Part shown: positions 52,131 through 64,000 of the stretch, one piece after another
Layout: each line of letters opens with the position of its first letter
Numbering within the stretch: the stretch's first letter is position 1
NCBI GenBank assembly: GCA_024679065.1
Contig: JAGIQG010000011.1
Span: 38,688,001-38,752,000 of the forward strand
Reading direction: 5' to 3'
Source: Sphyrna mokarran
Lineage: Eukaryota
Length of the DNA stretch: 64,000 bases
The notes under the pieces: model-generated
What the model saw: only the letters and a program-made list of their open reading frames with translations
The model's database searches: none
What the model was told of the DNA's origin: nothing
Program-made: the position numbers and the translations under genes

Positions 52131-54842
52131 TATGTACTCTGTGGGCTGAAGGGCCTCTCCAACATACAACAATGTTCTGAGCCTCTCTCGGTACGGTCGG
52201 GGTAAGTTCATCACAGTGGAAGATGAATCACAGATCCATTAGCCCCAGCTGTGGGATTTGTGAAACTAACAGTACAATAACAAGAATTGATGATATTTAA
52301 CAGTGTGGTAGAACAGGTGTGTGTGACATGTCTCACTGCCGAGGTGGGGGTGGGGGGAGGTGGTGGGAAGTAGCCATACTGGCAGAAACAGCCATGTAGG
52401 ACTCGCTAACTAAATGTCAATATAGTAAATCCTTTGCTAATAGGTTTTGTGTCCTTACTGTGCCTTGCAAAGCTGCTTTTGCTGGCAAAGCAGGACCGGG
52501 CAGATAGCAAATCGATTTGCACCAGCAGATTTTTGGCCCAGTACGCTATCTTCCTGGCTCGCGAACTGGTTGACCCATGCAGTGAGCCAGTAAAATTCCA
52601 CCCGTCATGATGGATTATGAATAGCCATGAGTATTTTCTTTAGTAAGAGCACACAAGATCTAAGGATGTCTTAGGAATGTTTTGACATCGTTATGAACTT
52701 GATTAGAAGGCAGCAAATGTGACCTTTAATTTACTGCATTGGAGATGAAGGAAATTGCACACTTGCAGTTACAGAAGGTTCTGCATAGAATTGAAGGAAG
52801 AAGAGGTCGAGCTGGAGGATGAGTTATTGTACTCTGTTTTGCTGTACCTCCAAGTGGTTAATTTAGGAACAGCTTTGGCAGAGTTTTAGCAAGATCTGAT
52901 GATGTTTGTCCAAATCCAAAACAAGCCTCACTAACATGATTTTGAACTGATAAATCAATTATACTGTGTTAAAATGATCATTTATTTTTATGAATTTAGC
53001 TTGTGTCAACTGAAATGTTGTTACTTCACCTTTGTTACTATCTGTGGATCAGTTTCTAACTTTCATGTTTATGAGGATTTCCCAAGGAGACATCAAATCT
53101 CATATGAAAGTTTATCTGCCATGTAAAAAATTAAGCACTGTGCAACAGAAATTCTTTGGTCCAAGATGTGTCAGCAGGGTGAATAGTGCTCAATGTCACT
53201 TGAGTCCAAATGCAGTAATTTCAGTGAGGGCAGATATGTGACTAAATGTGGAAATGGAGATGTTCCATTTGAAGGTGCACTGCCCACCCATTCGTTTTGT
53301 CAAAGCAATGTCTCGCTGTCCAGCTTATCATTCAAATGTATCGACTAGCATGAAGTTCATGCATTTGCATATGAACTTAAACTTAAGTTGTCATTTCACA
53401 TCTAAGTACCATTTTAACAATGTGTGAAGTATTTATTGCTATCAGGCAATCTTTCCGGCATTGAAAATGGATAGTGCAGTATGTCCTGGGGAAATCCAGG
53501 AGATCGTAGTATAATGAGGAGAGGATTGGACAGTCCCCCGTTTATGACAAAAACTGCTGTATGTAGCCTTGTAATTATTTAAAGGTCAAGCCTGTTAATG
53601 AGGGTGGTTTAAAAAATTAATGAATAGATCAGTGAGTGGTTGGGTGAGGGACAGGTGGGCAAGGTAAGTGGCTAGAGTCTGGTAGGTAATTGGGTGGTCA
53701 GTAGTGGAGATACCCAGGTGTTAGACTGATTAGACATTTCCTGGTAACCATGTTTGTTCCAAGTGCCTCATTCCAGCTCGATTAGGCACATGCTCTCAGG
53801 CAGCAGGGAATTGCACATTGTAAGTTTAAACTTCCAGGACAATTACGTTTGAACATCAGGACTGCTACAAGATCCTGACTTGCTTTTTCTGTTATACGTC
53901 CATTTTCCAACAATCTGGAGACTGGAGATTTCGGCTTATTTGTTGCAGATGTGGATTCTCAGTCTTTCAGGTCTTAATTTTTTTTAATTTTTCCATTCTG
54001 CTTTTTTTCCCCCTATTACTTAATTCCCCCTTTATCCTTTATAACTGGTTTGACGCTGAAATCACCATTCTGACTCGCATTTTTTCATTCAGATCTTGCA
54101 CAATTCACTTTGCAATCCTTCAGTTCTGTTAAGGAGATATGGAGTTGCTTTTCCTATTTACAGATGAAGGTCTGATTGGAATCTTCCACATGCCCAATTC
54201 TCCGCAGTGCCAGTGGGAAACTGAACTTTACAGAGACTCTCTCCTACTCAAATCTTTGGGATTACAGAATGCTAACTATTGTGCTACTTGTCGCTTTCTC
54301 ATTCTTGCTCATCCGCTTATACCCAGCTTGGCTCCCAATGTTTTTCTCTTTTTATGTTGCCGTCTGCCTCTCTTGCACATTATTTTAATGAAATGTTTCG
54401 CTGAGATGAACTTTCTTAATCTGTTTGTAATACAAGAGTGATCATGTCAATTTTAAAGTTGACCATCAAATATAAATGAAGTAGGGAAAGAGTTAATGAA
54501 TTTAATGCATTTTTGTACCTAGCATATATCACAAACATAATCCTTCTTCATGGCTGATCTCCTCAAGCTTATACTGCTCCTGGTATCTATATAAATTATT
54601 CATTCATATTTTACTTGTTCACGTTTTTCATTCTTCAACTTTCATTTCCATAAAGACAGAGAGTCAAATGTCAATGTTATTTTGCAGACATTGCAAACCT
54701 TACTTGTTTGTGCTAACTGAACATTGTGAAACAGCTGCCGCTAGTACATTGCGATAATGGCTTTTTGACAGGAGGAGTCCTGCTGGAACAGCTACAACAG
54801 CCCAAATAGCTTCAAGAAAGGAGATGCCGATGCCTGCGGAAG

Positions 54843-55269
54843 TGTTATGGGTCGTGATCGGATCGAAGATTATATCATGACTGCAGCTGCCAGATGGACT
54901 GGGAGTCCTGGTTGAGTCCGGGGGATATATTTTGATTGAAGTAGGAAGACCTGCAGTCCTAACCAGAGTCGGGAGTTTGCATTGTGACTGATACTGAGAC
55001 TCATGATGTATAAATACCCACGTGTATTTGTGCTCAATGAGAAACCTTACAACCCACAGTTAGGGCTAGGTTTCTCCCAAAATTGTGGGTTTGAAATAAG
55101 ACCCACAGTGGGTTTGAAATAAGACCCACAGTGGGTTTGAAATAAGACCCACAGTGGGTTTGAAATAAGACCCACAGTGGGTTTGAAATAAGACCCACAG
55201 TGGGTTTGAAATAAGACCCACTGTATTTTGACTCACTAACAGTCTCAGAGGTGTCTTTTACCTATAACA
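54843..55269 (+). mobile_element. Putative solo LTR (TG...CA)
   Basis: Begins tgttatggg and ends cctataaca (8/9 inverted match). Internal TATA-like gtataaata at ~55008. No clean TSD (ggaag vs taaag). Confidence 0.55.
55085..55221. repeat. Minisatellite: 6 x 23 bp gtgggtttgaaataagacccaca
   Basis: Identical units start at 55085, 55108, 55131, 55154, 55177 and 55200 (the last is 22 bp). Each unit is quasi-palindromic. Confidence 0.97.
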
Positions 55270-55297
55270 TAAAGAATAGTTTTCTACGGCAGTAAGT

Positions 55298-55607
55298 ATC
55301 ATAGAATCCCTTCAGTGCAGAAAGAGGCCATTCAACCCATCGAGCCAACAGCAGTAACACTTCCATCTAGGCCTTATCCCTCGTATTCCCACGTGTTTAC
55401 CTTGCTGATCTCCCTGACAGTAAGGAGTAATTTAGCATGGCCATATCAACCTAACTTGCGCATTTTTGGAATATGGGAGGAAATTGGAGCACCCAGAGGA
55501 AACCCATGCAGACACAGGGAGAATGTGCAAACTCCACATAGACAGTTACCAAGAAATTGAACCAGATCCCTGACACTGTGTGACAGCAGTGCGAACTACT
55601 GTGCTGT
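55298..55607 (-). mobile_element. HE1-like V-SINE
   Basis: atcatagaatcccttcagtgcagaaagaggccattc...gggagaatgtgcaaactccacatagacag...gaaccagatccctgacactgtgtgacagcagtgc. Confidence 0.9.
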
Positions 55608-57512
55608 CTTTGAAGTACCTGTAAAATGATAACAGGGATACATTGCATCCTTACTGAATTAAAAACAAATTAAAAACTGAATTAAAATTAAAAATACCCA
55701 CAGTATTTGTGGGATTGTAATTTTAAGAATTAATTGCTGAAGTGCTTTAGTGTAGTATAGATTGCTTCCTAGTGCCTACTGGTTCATGTGTAAAGTTTTT
55801 TTTGGATAACATTTAAATTAATTCAACTAAAAATCTCAAATCAGTGGTTTCTTTGGGCTTGCCTGGGCTATTTAATCACAATCAAATTCATGTCATGTGT
55901 GAAGCATCTGTATAACACTGGAGAAAGATTTGAGTAGAAGAATGTCTCAGTAAAGTCAAGCTTATTAAATTGAAAATTTGTACAGTGCTTACCAAAATGA
56001 ACCGTGTAATCCACTTGACATTATGTGAAGATTTTAAGGCATTTTAGAATCAGTAAAAGTTTGCTACAGCACAGGGTTTTTCACATTCCTTTTGTTTCTA
56101 AAGAGTGCCAAGTGAGATAGTGATAAGCCCTTACGCTTCCCCTAAGGGAAACTCTAAAATTTGAGCTAAAATGAAGGGCTCAAGGAGGTAATTGATAGTG
56201 GAACGGAGATCAATAATTGTCTCTGCTTTTTCTGGTAGTCCTGCATGACAGGAAGAATGAGGCCAGAAGGTGCTTAATATGCTCTAGCCATATCCATTCA
56301 TGATGATTTAAATCATTTATGTTGTAGATCTACTCATTTTTGCTTTCCTTGGACTTGAGTGAGCTTTATAGGACACCACATGATCTGCAGTGAATCAAGA
56401 AGGCAACTCATCACCACCTTTTCAAGGTCAACTGGTGATAGGCAATTAATATCATCCTTGCCAGGAATGCCCAAAATTCTTCAGCCTGATTTGTTAATGA
56501 ATGAGGAAGGATTGACCGGTGATGTTAAACTTTATGTATTTAATTCTTATTGTTGTTGAAGAATATGCATGGACACACTGATTTCCAGAGAAATGTACCT
56601 GACTGGCTACTGGAAGGTAAATGCTCTGTTACAGAAAACATGTAAGTTAAACACTACAGCCTAAGGCATAGCAACTACAGCACAAATGGTAATGCAAAAG
56701 AAAAATACGAGAATTCTGGAAATCTGAAATAAAACTAAACTCACTGGAAATAGCCAACAGGTCTGGCAGTATCTGTGGATAGAGAAACAGAAATTTTTCA
56801 GATCTTACAACCTTTCATCAAAATTCTATTAATAGTAGATCTAGTAAATAGAAGTGCAGAAAGGACACATTCAAAGTAGAGAATTGCTGTTTGCAATTGA
56901 GAAATTTCCAACCACTGCTACCTGGTGGGTGATTTTTAATAGCAATTCAACCATGGTTCAGTGTGCAAGATGATGGCATTTTATTTAAGAAATTAAGATC
57001 GTCACTGTGATGCTTTTGTGATGCTCAAATGAACCGGGAACAGTGTCAGTTCTCTTACCTTGTTTGCCCTTGTGAGGTCATTAAATATTTTTCTGCACTT
57101 GTCATGTGTTCAGAGGATCAGAAGGAAGCCACTCTGCTAGCACATACAGTATTAGCAATCCTTTTCATTGGTTTTACTTCCAGTGAGTGCAGTAGATGGG
57201 GTCTCCTTGTATTCATCTCGTCCAAGAGGGTCTAGGGATTCGTGACAATGAATTTTCAGTACATCAAAAAAATTAATCGAAAGTGAAACTGATGTTTTGA
57301 TGTATACTACCATCAGTAAGTATTTTGTAATTTTTATAAACATACAGGCTGATAGTTTTGGTCTCTTATTGATAAAATGTCTATGGGCTTCTCAGGCATT
57401 TTAAAAAGAAGATGCCATCCTTTTAAAGTAGCCTTGTAAAAGCAGAAAAATCCTCAGGCAAGAAATCAATTTAGTTGCTCATTGTGACAAAATCTGAAGG
57501 AAATGAATATCA

Positions 57513-57826
57513 GGGTGGCACATTAGCACAGTGGTTAGCATTACTGCTTCACAGCTCCAGGGTCCTGGGTTTGGTTCCCAGCTTTTGCATGTTCTCCTCG
57601 TGTCTGCGCGGGTTTCCTCCGGGTGCTCCGGATTCCTCCCACAATCCAAAAATGTGCGGGTTAGGTTAATTGGCCATGCTGAAATTGCCCTAAATGTCCT
57701 TAGATATATAGTTAAGAGGGATTAGTGGGTAAATAAGAAGGGATGTTGGGGTAGGGCCTGGGTGGAATTGTGGTCAGTGTGGACTTAATGGGCCGAATGG
57801 CCTCTTTCTGTACTGTAGGGATTCTA
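57513..57826 (+). mobile_element. HE1-like V-SINE
   Basis: gcacagtggttagcattactgcttcacagctccagggtcctgggtt, V-core, tail gggccgaatggcctctttctgtactgtagggattct. Confidence 0.92.
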
Positions 57827-58897
57827 AGTCTAATCGCTTACCCAGTCATGCTGCAAACAGTTGTTCTGCTTTAAGTCACTGCAGATTTTCACATCCGGTG
57901 TCATAGATTTATTCCCATCCATCTCCACACATGCATATTTCACTCGCATTTTAGACTGGATTTGCATCAGTTTTTTTTGCAATGATGTCTTGAATAAAAG
58001 ATGGAAAAGAACTTGAAGGACAATCTTGAGCTGAAATATGGTTAACTGACAATAATATTGCAGTTCACTTTGGATTAGATAAGACTGTACACAATGCTGT
58101 AGGAGCAAGATAGATTGCCTTGCATTTGGCCATCAATTCATCACTGTAGTTGTCTGGATGCCAATCTGCTTAACTGCTCTTTGTGCTCATCTGTAATCCT
58201 TTTGTCGTCAATTTTTACCCTCTCCTATCTTGGCTAGTTGCCTCTGTATGTCCCCACACTTCAATTCTTTTATAACTACTGTTTTTGAATATGAGCATTT
58301 TGGCAAAGAACAGTATGTATTGCCTATCCCTAATTGCATTTAAAAAGATGATGGTGAGTTGCTTCTCGAATGACTTCAGACTGAGCTCATTGAGCTCCAT
58401 GGAAAGCAAATTTGAGCATATCGAGTTCATTGTTGATGTATTCAGCCATCACTGCATATGGCTTTAAAGTGTGGGACAGAAACATTTTCATTTACACTTC
58501 ATAGACATGGAAACCAACCAAATTTTTTTTCTCTACAAAAAGCTGATTGTAGATCATGCAAACTGATAGGGAACAGAATGGAGCATTAGCTAAATTTCTG
58601 ACTGACAATTTGCTAATGGCTAAGTTATAAACCTTGTGATCATGAATGCAGCAGTGGAAAGTCCTTTCATCAATGGATTCTGTAAAATAAATCTCATATT
58701 GATTGATTTGATGTTGCAGAGGATCTTAGCTGATTAGCCAAATTGCAAGTTGATAACTGCCTGGGTAAGAATGGTCCATGCAAAGAGTTTGCTTCCAATG
58801 GTTGGGAGTATCCTCCTTGTCAATTGGTCTATGGGAGGAATTCCAAGCTACCTTTGGATTGTGTGATAGTCCTCCACCCTGGAAGACTACAATTGCG

Positions 58898-59795
58898 AAC
58901 ATACAAGATAGGAACAGAAATAGGCCATTTGGCCACTCAAGTTTGCTGCAGTCTTTAGTGAGATCATCGCTGATCTGTTTGAGTTGAGATCCACATTCCT
59001 ATCTATCTCTGATAATCTTTGATTCCCTTGCCTAACAAGAATCTATCTATCTCTGTCTTAAAAATATTCAATGGGCCCCCCTCATTGCCTTGAGGCAAAG
59101 AATTCCAAAGGCACATCATTCTCTAAGAGTAAAAAACTCTCCTCTTCTCTGTCCTATAAGAGCTACCCCTAATTTTAAAACTAGTTCAGGATTCACCTGC
59201 AAGAGGAAGCTTGCTTCCAACATCCACTTTGTCAGTACCATTCGGGATCTTATATACTTCAATCAAAACACCCCATCACCACCCTTCTAAATTCCTGCGG
59301 AAACAAGCCCAGCCTTTCCAGCCTATCCTCATAAGACGACCTGCTCATTCTAAATATCAAAGTTGTAAACTTACTCTGAACCACCTCCAACGTATTTACA
59401 TCCTTTCAGAAATAAGGAAACCAAAACTGCACACACTGTTCAAGATGCAGTCTTACTAATGTCTGTGTAACTGAAGCATAGCACCCTTAATTTTAAGTTT
59501 AATTCCTCTCATAATAAAGGATAGCATTCCATTAGTCGCCTTGATTACATGCTGCACGTGTATACTAATATGTTATGACTCATGTATGAGAACACCTAAT
59601 CCCTCTGGACCTTAGCAGGCATTCTTTATTCAAACAATACTCTGCTTTTTTTATTCTTCTTGCCAAAGTAAACAATATTTTCACACATCTGCCAGATTTT
59701 TGCCTACTCTTTTAACCTATCTATGTCGATCTGCAAATTCCTTACATCGGCTTCACAGTATACTTTCCTACCTATCTTTGCACTGCCTGCAAATG
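58898..59795 (-). mobile_element. CR1 LINE 3' fragment
   Basis: Tail aacatacaagataggaacagaaataggccatttggcc. Minus strand reads HLEQCVQFWFPYF.KDVNTLEVVQSKFT. Confidence 0.85.
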
Positions 59796-59799
59796 TATC

Positions 59800-60178
59800 T
59801 ACGGGTGAACTTATAGAGGCCTATGACATAATGAGGGGCATAGATAAGGTGAATCGCCAACATCTTTTCCCAAAGGCAGGGGAGTCTAAAACTAGAAGGC
59901 ACAGGTTTAAGATGAAGAGGAGAGAGATACAAAGTCGTCCAGACGGGCAATTTTTTCACAGAGGGTGGTGAGTGTCTGGAATGAGTTGCCAGAAGAGGTA
60001 GTAGAAGTGGTTACAATTTTGTCTTTTGAAAAGCATTTAGACAGTTATATGGGTAAGATTGGTATGGAGGGATATGGGCCAAACATGGGCAATTGGGTTA
60101 GCTCAATGATAAAAACAAGGTGGCATGGACAAGTTGGATCGAAGGGTATGTTTCTATGCTATAAACCTGTATGATCTT
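59800..60178 (+). mobile_element. CR1 LINE 3' end
   Basis: GELIEAYDIMRGIDKVNRQHLFPKAGESKTRRHRFK, FF..RVVSVWNELPEEVVE..FEKHLDSYM. Confidence 0.9.
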
Positions 60179-60184
60179 GTGATC

Positions 60185-61040
60185 ATTGCAATCTATGGGG
60201 TGCTTTCGCTCTGAAGTTATTAATTAGTCCAATCACACCAAATCTAATATAACCTGCTCTTTGGTAGGTTCCAGAACCTGCTGCTCAAAGAAACAATCTC
60301 AAAAACAGTGTATGAATTCCTCAAATAGGCTGCTGATGGCAATCTGATTTCCTCAGTTTATATGTAGATTAAAGTCACCCATGATTATCCTATTATCATG
60401 AGCACCCAATATTTTTTGTATACTTTGTCCCACATTGTGGTTATTATTAATGCACCCCTCCTAATTGTGACTGAGTTCTCCTGTTGTTCCTAATCTCCTG
60501 AACTAAGGTCATCTTTAACTATTGCATCAGTGCCATCCTTGATCAACAGTGCTGCTCCTCCACCTTTATCCAGCTTTTTTTTCTTAAATGTCATATACCT
60601 GTTAGTATTCCTTGTCCTCCTGCAGCCACATCTCTGTAATGGCTCTAAGATCATATTTATTTACTTCAATGTTTTCTATCAATTTGTTTACTTTGTTATA
60701 AATACTATACACATTCAGATACAGAGCTTTTGGTTTAATATTTTTGCTATCTTTGTAAGACCTTTGTGCATTCTTAGGTTTTTTGCTGTTACTTCCTGCA
60801 ATTCTCCAATCTTCATTTTCTATGTTTTCCTCTTTTCCTCTTTTCCAATTTCCTCTTTTCCTTCATCTCTGCTCTTTGACATACCACATCTTTCCACCTT
60901 TAATCCCTTGTCTCCACTATTTAGTTTAAAACACTCTCTGTGCTCTACTTTCTAGTTACATGGTTTGCAAGATCACTGGTCCCAGCACAATACAGGTGTA
61001 AAGCATCCCAATGATATAGTCCACACTTTCTCCAGTACTA
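60185..61040 (-). mobile_element. CR1 LINE 5'/endonuclease-region remnants
   Basis: Minus strand IIMGDFNLHI and KKLDKGGGAALLIK endonuclease motifs. Probably the continuation of the 58898-59795 element. Confidence 0.6.
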
Positions 61041-62492
61041 TGGAGAAAGTGCCTCACAGGGGATGACAAAGGCATCATGCAAAACCATCGGGATAATCTA
61101 CAATTGTAGAGATTTGGTATACTATAGCAGTGTAGGGAAATGGACTCTGTACTAAACCCTAGATTAAAAGATTCTTGTTAAGGAATTAACTTCTTGGCAA
61201 AACAGTCAGTCACTAATTTAGAATGCAAACTGAAAAGTTTTACTGGACAACAAAAATTAATACTTAGCATTCCACAAGGTCGATATGCAAATTCAAAGAC
61301 CCCAGCACTACTAATTGCTCATTCTTCACTACTGCCTAAGCCCAGTTTAATCCTGTTGCATTTGCATAACATCATCATATCTGCAGTTTCTAATAGGGAC
61401 CACCATATTCAATAGCAGGATGCCTGATAGATTTTTCTTATCAATCTGAAACATTGCGGTCCCTTGTAGTAGTCTTACAGCTGCCTCATCCAGAGTAGCT
61501 ATCGCAGCACAAGCAGAGAGTAACAAAACAGCACTTTGTTTCTTGACTTGTCACAGGAAAGATTTATATATTTTCTTCTATAAAGTATGTTATCACATAT
61601 GAGTGTTCTGTAGAGAGTTGATCAGTAAAATCTTGAATGCTGTTTGATTTTACTATATGGTTTTTTTCTTGTTATGCTAATTTGAGTATAAATCCTTGGC
61701 TAGCTTAATGGTACATGTAGCAGCCATTTGATCATAATTGTACAGTTTGTTAATGTACACATGTAAGAATCGTTCTGACACAGACCTTTCTCTCAGTGGC
61801 AAAGTGCTGGGGTTTGTTCACCTAGTTGATGATTGTGCAGCATTTCCTTGGACTTGTCAATGGAGATTTCCTCCAATTTGGCATCTGTAACAGTACACCA
61901 CCCACTGTGGCCTGATCCACGAACTGAGAAAGAATCTTCACTGAGCCTTGCAAAGTCTAAACCAGGAGGTTTAAGGCAGAAATTATAAATTAAATTTAAG
62001 GGTTGTGCAGAAAAAAGATTAAAGATTGAGAAATACGATTTAAAAAAGAGGATGAAGGAAGCAGGATAAAAAAGACAGACAGGAGAAATGGAAAGTAAGA
62101 CACATCTCCAACAGTAATTTCTTCGAATGAGACTTATGAATGTACCAGCCCTAATCTCTTCAGCCATCTCTACCGGAGAACTGATCTTGATCATGTTGCG
62201 TTTGTTTCAGTGCTAAATTCATCACTCAAGGGTTGCAGTAGAGCAACAGAATGTCTCTGACAGCAACTGCCAGATTTTTGTGTTTAGTTGTACATGTGCA
62301 AACATTCAAAATTGCTGTCCAATTTATCATATAATCAGTGAATGTTGATGGTCTCACTGTTAATATTACTCCAAAATCCAGCGATTATATTTAATAGGAC
62401 ACTTTAAATATTTAACCATAATAGTTTTTAAAAAAGTATCTAGGTTTCACATGATCTGATTGTCTAAATGTTTTGTGTTTAAATTGCCTTAG

Positions 62493-62792
62493 GTATGAAG
62501 CGACCACTGAGTCCTGAACATATTGCTGAAGATGTCACGATGAATTCGGCAGATCTTTACACTTACAATGATGGAAAGATACTTAGCAGTGAATACTTGG
62601 ACTATCAGTTGAACATAGAGAAAAGAAAAATCCGACTAGCATTGTGTGAAGTATGTAACATTCAGCTGAACTCAGCAGCACAAGCTGAGATTCATTATAA
62701 TGGGAGGTCTCACTTGAAGAGGATGAAACAAGTCAATGGCCACATTCCAGCTACTTCAGCACCAAACACCATTGTTACTAGCAGCAGCGCAG
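62493..62792 (+). CDS. ZNF385: Coding exon of a ZNF385-family gene (N-terminal matrin/U1-type C2H2 zinc finger); paralogue C or D most likely
   Basis: MKRPLSP...EKRKIRLALCEVCNIQLNSAAQAEIHYNGRSHLKRMKQ matches the ZNF385 first finger (CEVCNIQLNSAAQAQ.H.NG..H.KR). Acceptor ttgccttag| at 62492, donor cag|gtatgt at 62793, 300 bp, phase 1-1. Paralogue not resolvable by eye. Confidence 0.9.
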
Positions 62793-64000
62793 GTATGTGT
62801 AATTATTTAATACGAATTGTCAGCATTGTGGCTGAAATAATTCTCATTGTGTTATTTAGTGTATTCGTTGTTAGTTTCTCTACTGTCCAATCATATTTGA
62901 TCTCTTGTTCAGTTGGTTAGTTCATTAACTAAAGTCAGAATATATTCAATCTGTATATTTTTCCCCTTTGTAATCTTGGCTTTTGGACCTGTGGCTGTGC
63001 AGAAAGTTCACCTGGTAAATCGGATGCTTCTGTAAGCTGTTTTTGAATTGCCCTTTTATCTAACATGGGTCCATTGCGATTGAATGGTGGACTTGACCTG
63101 AAACCTTAGTTTTATGCTCTGACAGTTATTAGATGCTAAAATCAGCAAGGTTGCTAGTTATGCCGTTGCTCTGTCCTGGATGCTGCTACCTTCCTGAAAT
63201 ATTGATGTGCACTGATCTATGTTTGTGCTGCATTACATAGCTGAAGGCCACGATTTCCCCAAATAAAATCTAAGTACTGTTGCCAGCGGGAAAATTGGTA
63301 CATTTTTCACTGGCATTAGCAGTGCTGCTGAGGTGGGATTCAATGACTTTAAAACTGAAAAGAATGCTCCCACTTGTATCACTCTGGGCCAAATGCACCA
63401 GGTGTGAAAGGCTCCTGAATTGGCGATCAGCTGTTTAGCTGACACTAGCTTCCTTCTTTTCCTTCTCTCAGAATAACTGAAGGAAGGATAACCTAGTCTC
63501 ACAATGCAGGAAGCATTTCATTAGACCTTTTATGAGATCAATCTATTTGAATTGTAACTGTTGGATTGACTTTTGACAGTCTCTACTGCAGCAAGAACGC
63601 AGCAAAAATAATTGAAGCCTGTAACTGAACTGCTCTCCAAAAAATTTAGTTCATTGCAAGACTAATTAGATGTTCCATATCTCATATTTCATTGTTGTCT
63701 CATAGGCCAGTGGCAGAATTATTTGGATGTCCTATTAGGAATGATTCTTCGGAGAGTCTGATTGGATGAAGTAAGGAGATTGGCTGGAAATTTATGGGAA
63801 ATAATAGCAGAAATGACCATTCAACCTATTAGATGTCTGTCAACTGAAAGATTCATTTTTTGGTTCTTGGCAGTAGCCCCAGAGATCATGGGATTGCTAA
63901 TGGCTAACATGTGCTGCATGTTTTAGAAGTTTTCTGCCTCCACACGACTTTCCCATCGCGCAACTCTCTGGGTAAAATAATTTCCTAAGTAGGGAAGAAG

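Larger units (their letters stand above)
48668..52603. mobile_element. PIF/Harbinger relic D (transposase +)
   Basis: Terminal inverted repeat gggtggaattttgc (48668-48681) / gtaaaattccaccc (52590-52603), 13/14 match. Right subterminal region is shared with relic C. Contains a transposase relic. Confidence 0.75.

Noticed and set aside
51205-52205. Host HARBI1 gene or a domesticated transposase
   Set aside because: Stops, deletions and frameshifts. It is enclosed by TIRs and several equally decayed paralogues lie nearby.
54771-54842. Purine-rich exon-like stretch after tttttgacag
   Set aside because: No donor site and no similarity to ZNF385 that I can recognise.
55085-55221. CRISPR-like array of palindromic 23-bp repeats
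   Set aside because: Units are directly adjacent with no spacers, no cas genes are present, and the context is vertebrate.
60530-60955. 141-aa hydrophobic membrane-protein-like ORF
   Set aside because: T-rich antisense strand of decayed CR1 sequence.
62793-62920. Hydrophobic, TM-like C-terminus of ORF 62495-62920
   Set aside because: Read-through past the cag|gtatgt donor into T-rich intron.

Overview
Eukaryotic, AT-rich, CpG-depleted vertebrate DNA. The HE1/V-SINE-type SINEs and CR1-type LINE tails point to a cartilaginous fish, probably a shark (inference). The window reads as one very long intron/5' region of a ZNF385-family matrin-type zinc-finger gene on the + strand. One coding exon is well supported (62493-62792) and one upstream exon is a candidate (~30053-30173). 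The rest is layered transposon debris: four large PIF/Harbinger relics plus one fragmented locus (HARBI1-like transposase and Myb/SANT partner gene), CR1, L2, RTE and Rex1-like LINE fragments, Penelope-like ends, several SINE families, a Gypsy-like relic, and a putative solo LTR holding a 6x23-bp hairpin array. Almost all ORFs in the track are spurious or TE-derived. I found no convincing wholly new biological system. The best leads are splice/translation features of the ZNF385 exon, the hairpin array and the Harbinger cluster. TE family names come from recalled motifs, not database searches, and most TE boundaries are approximate.
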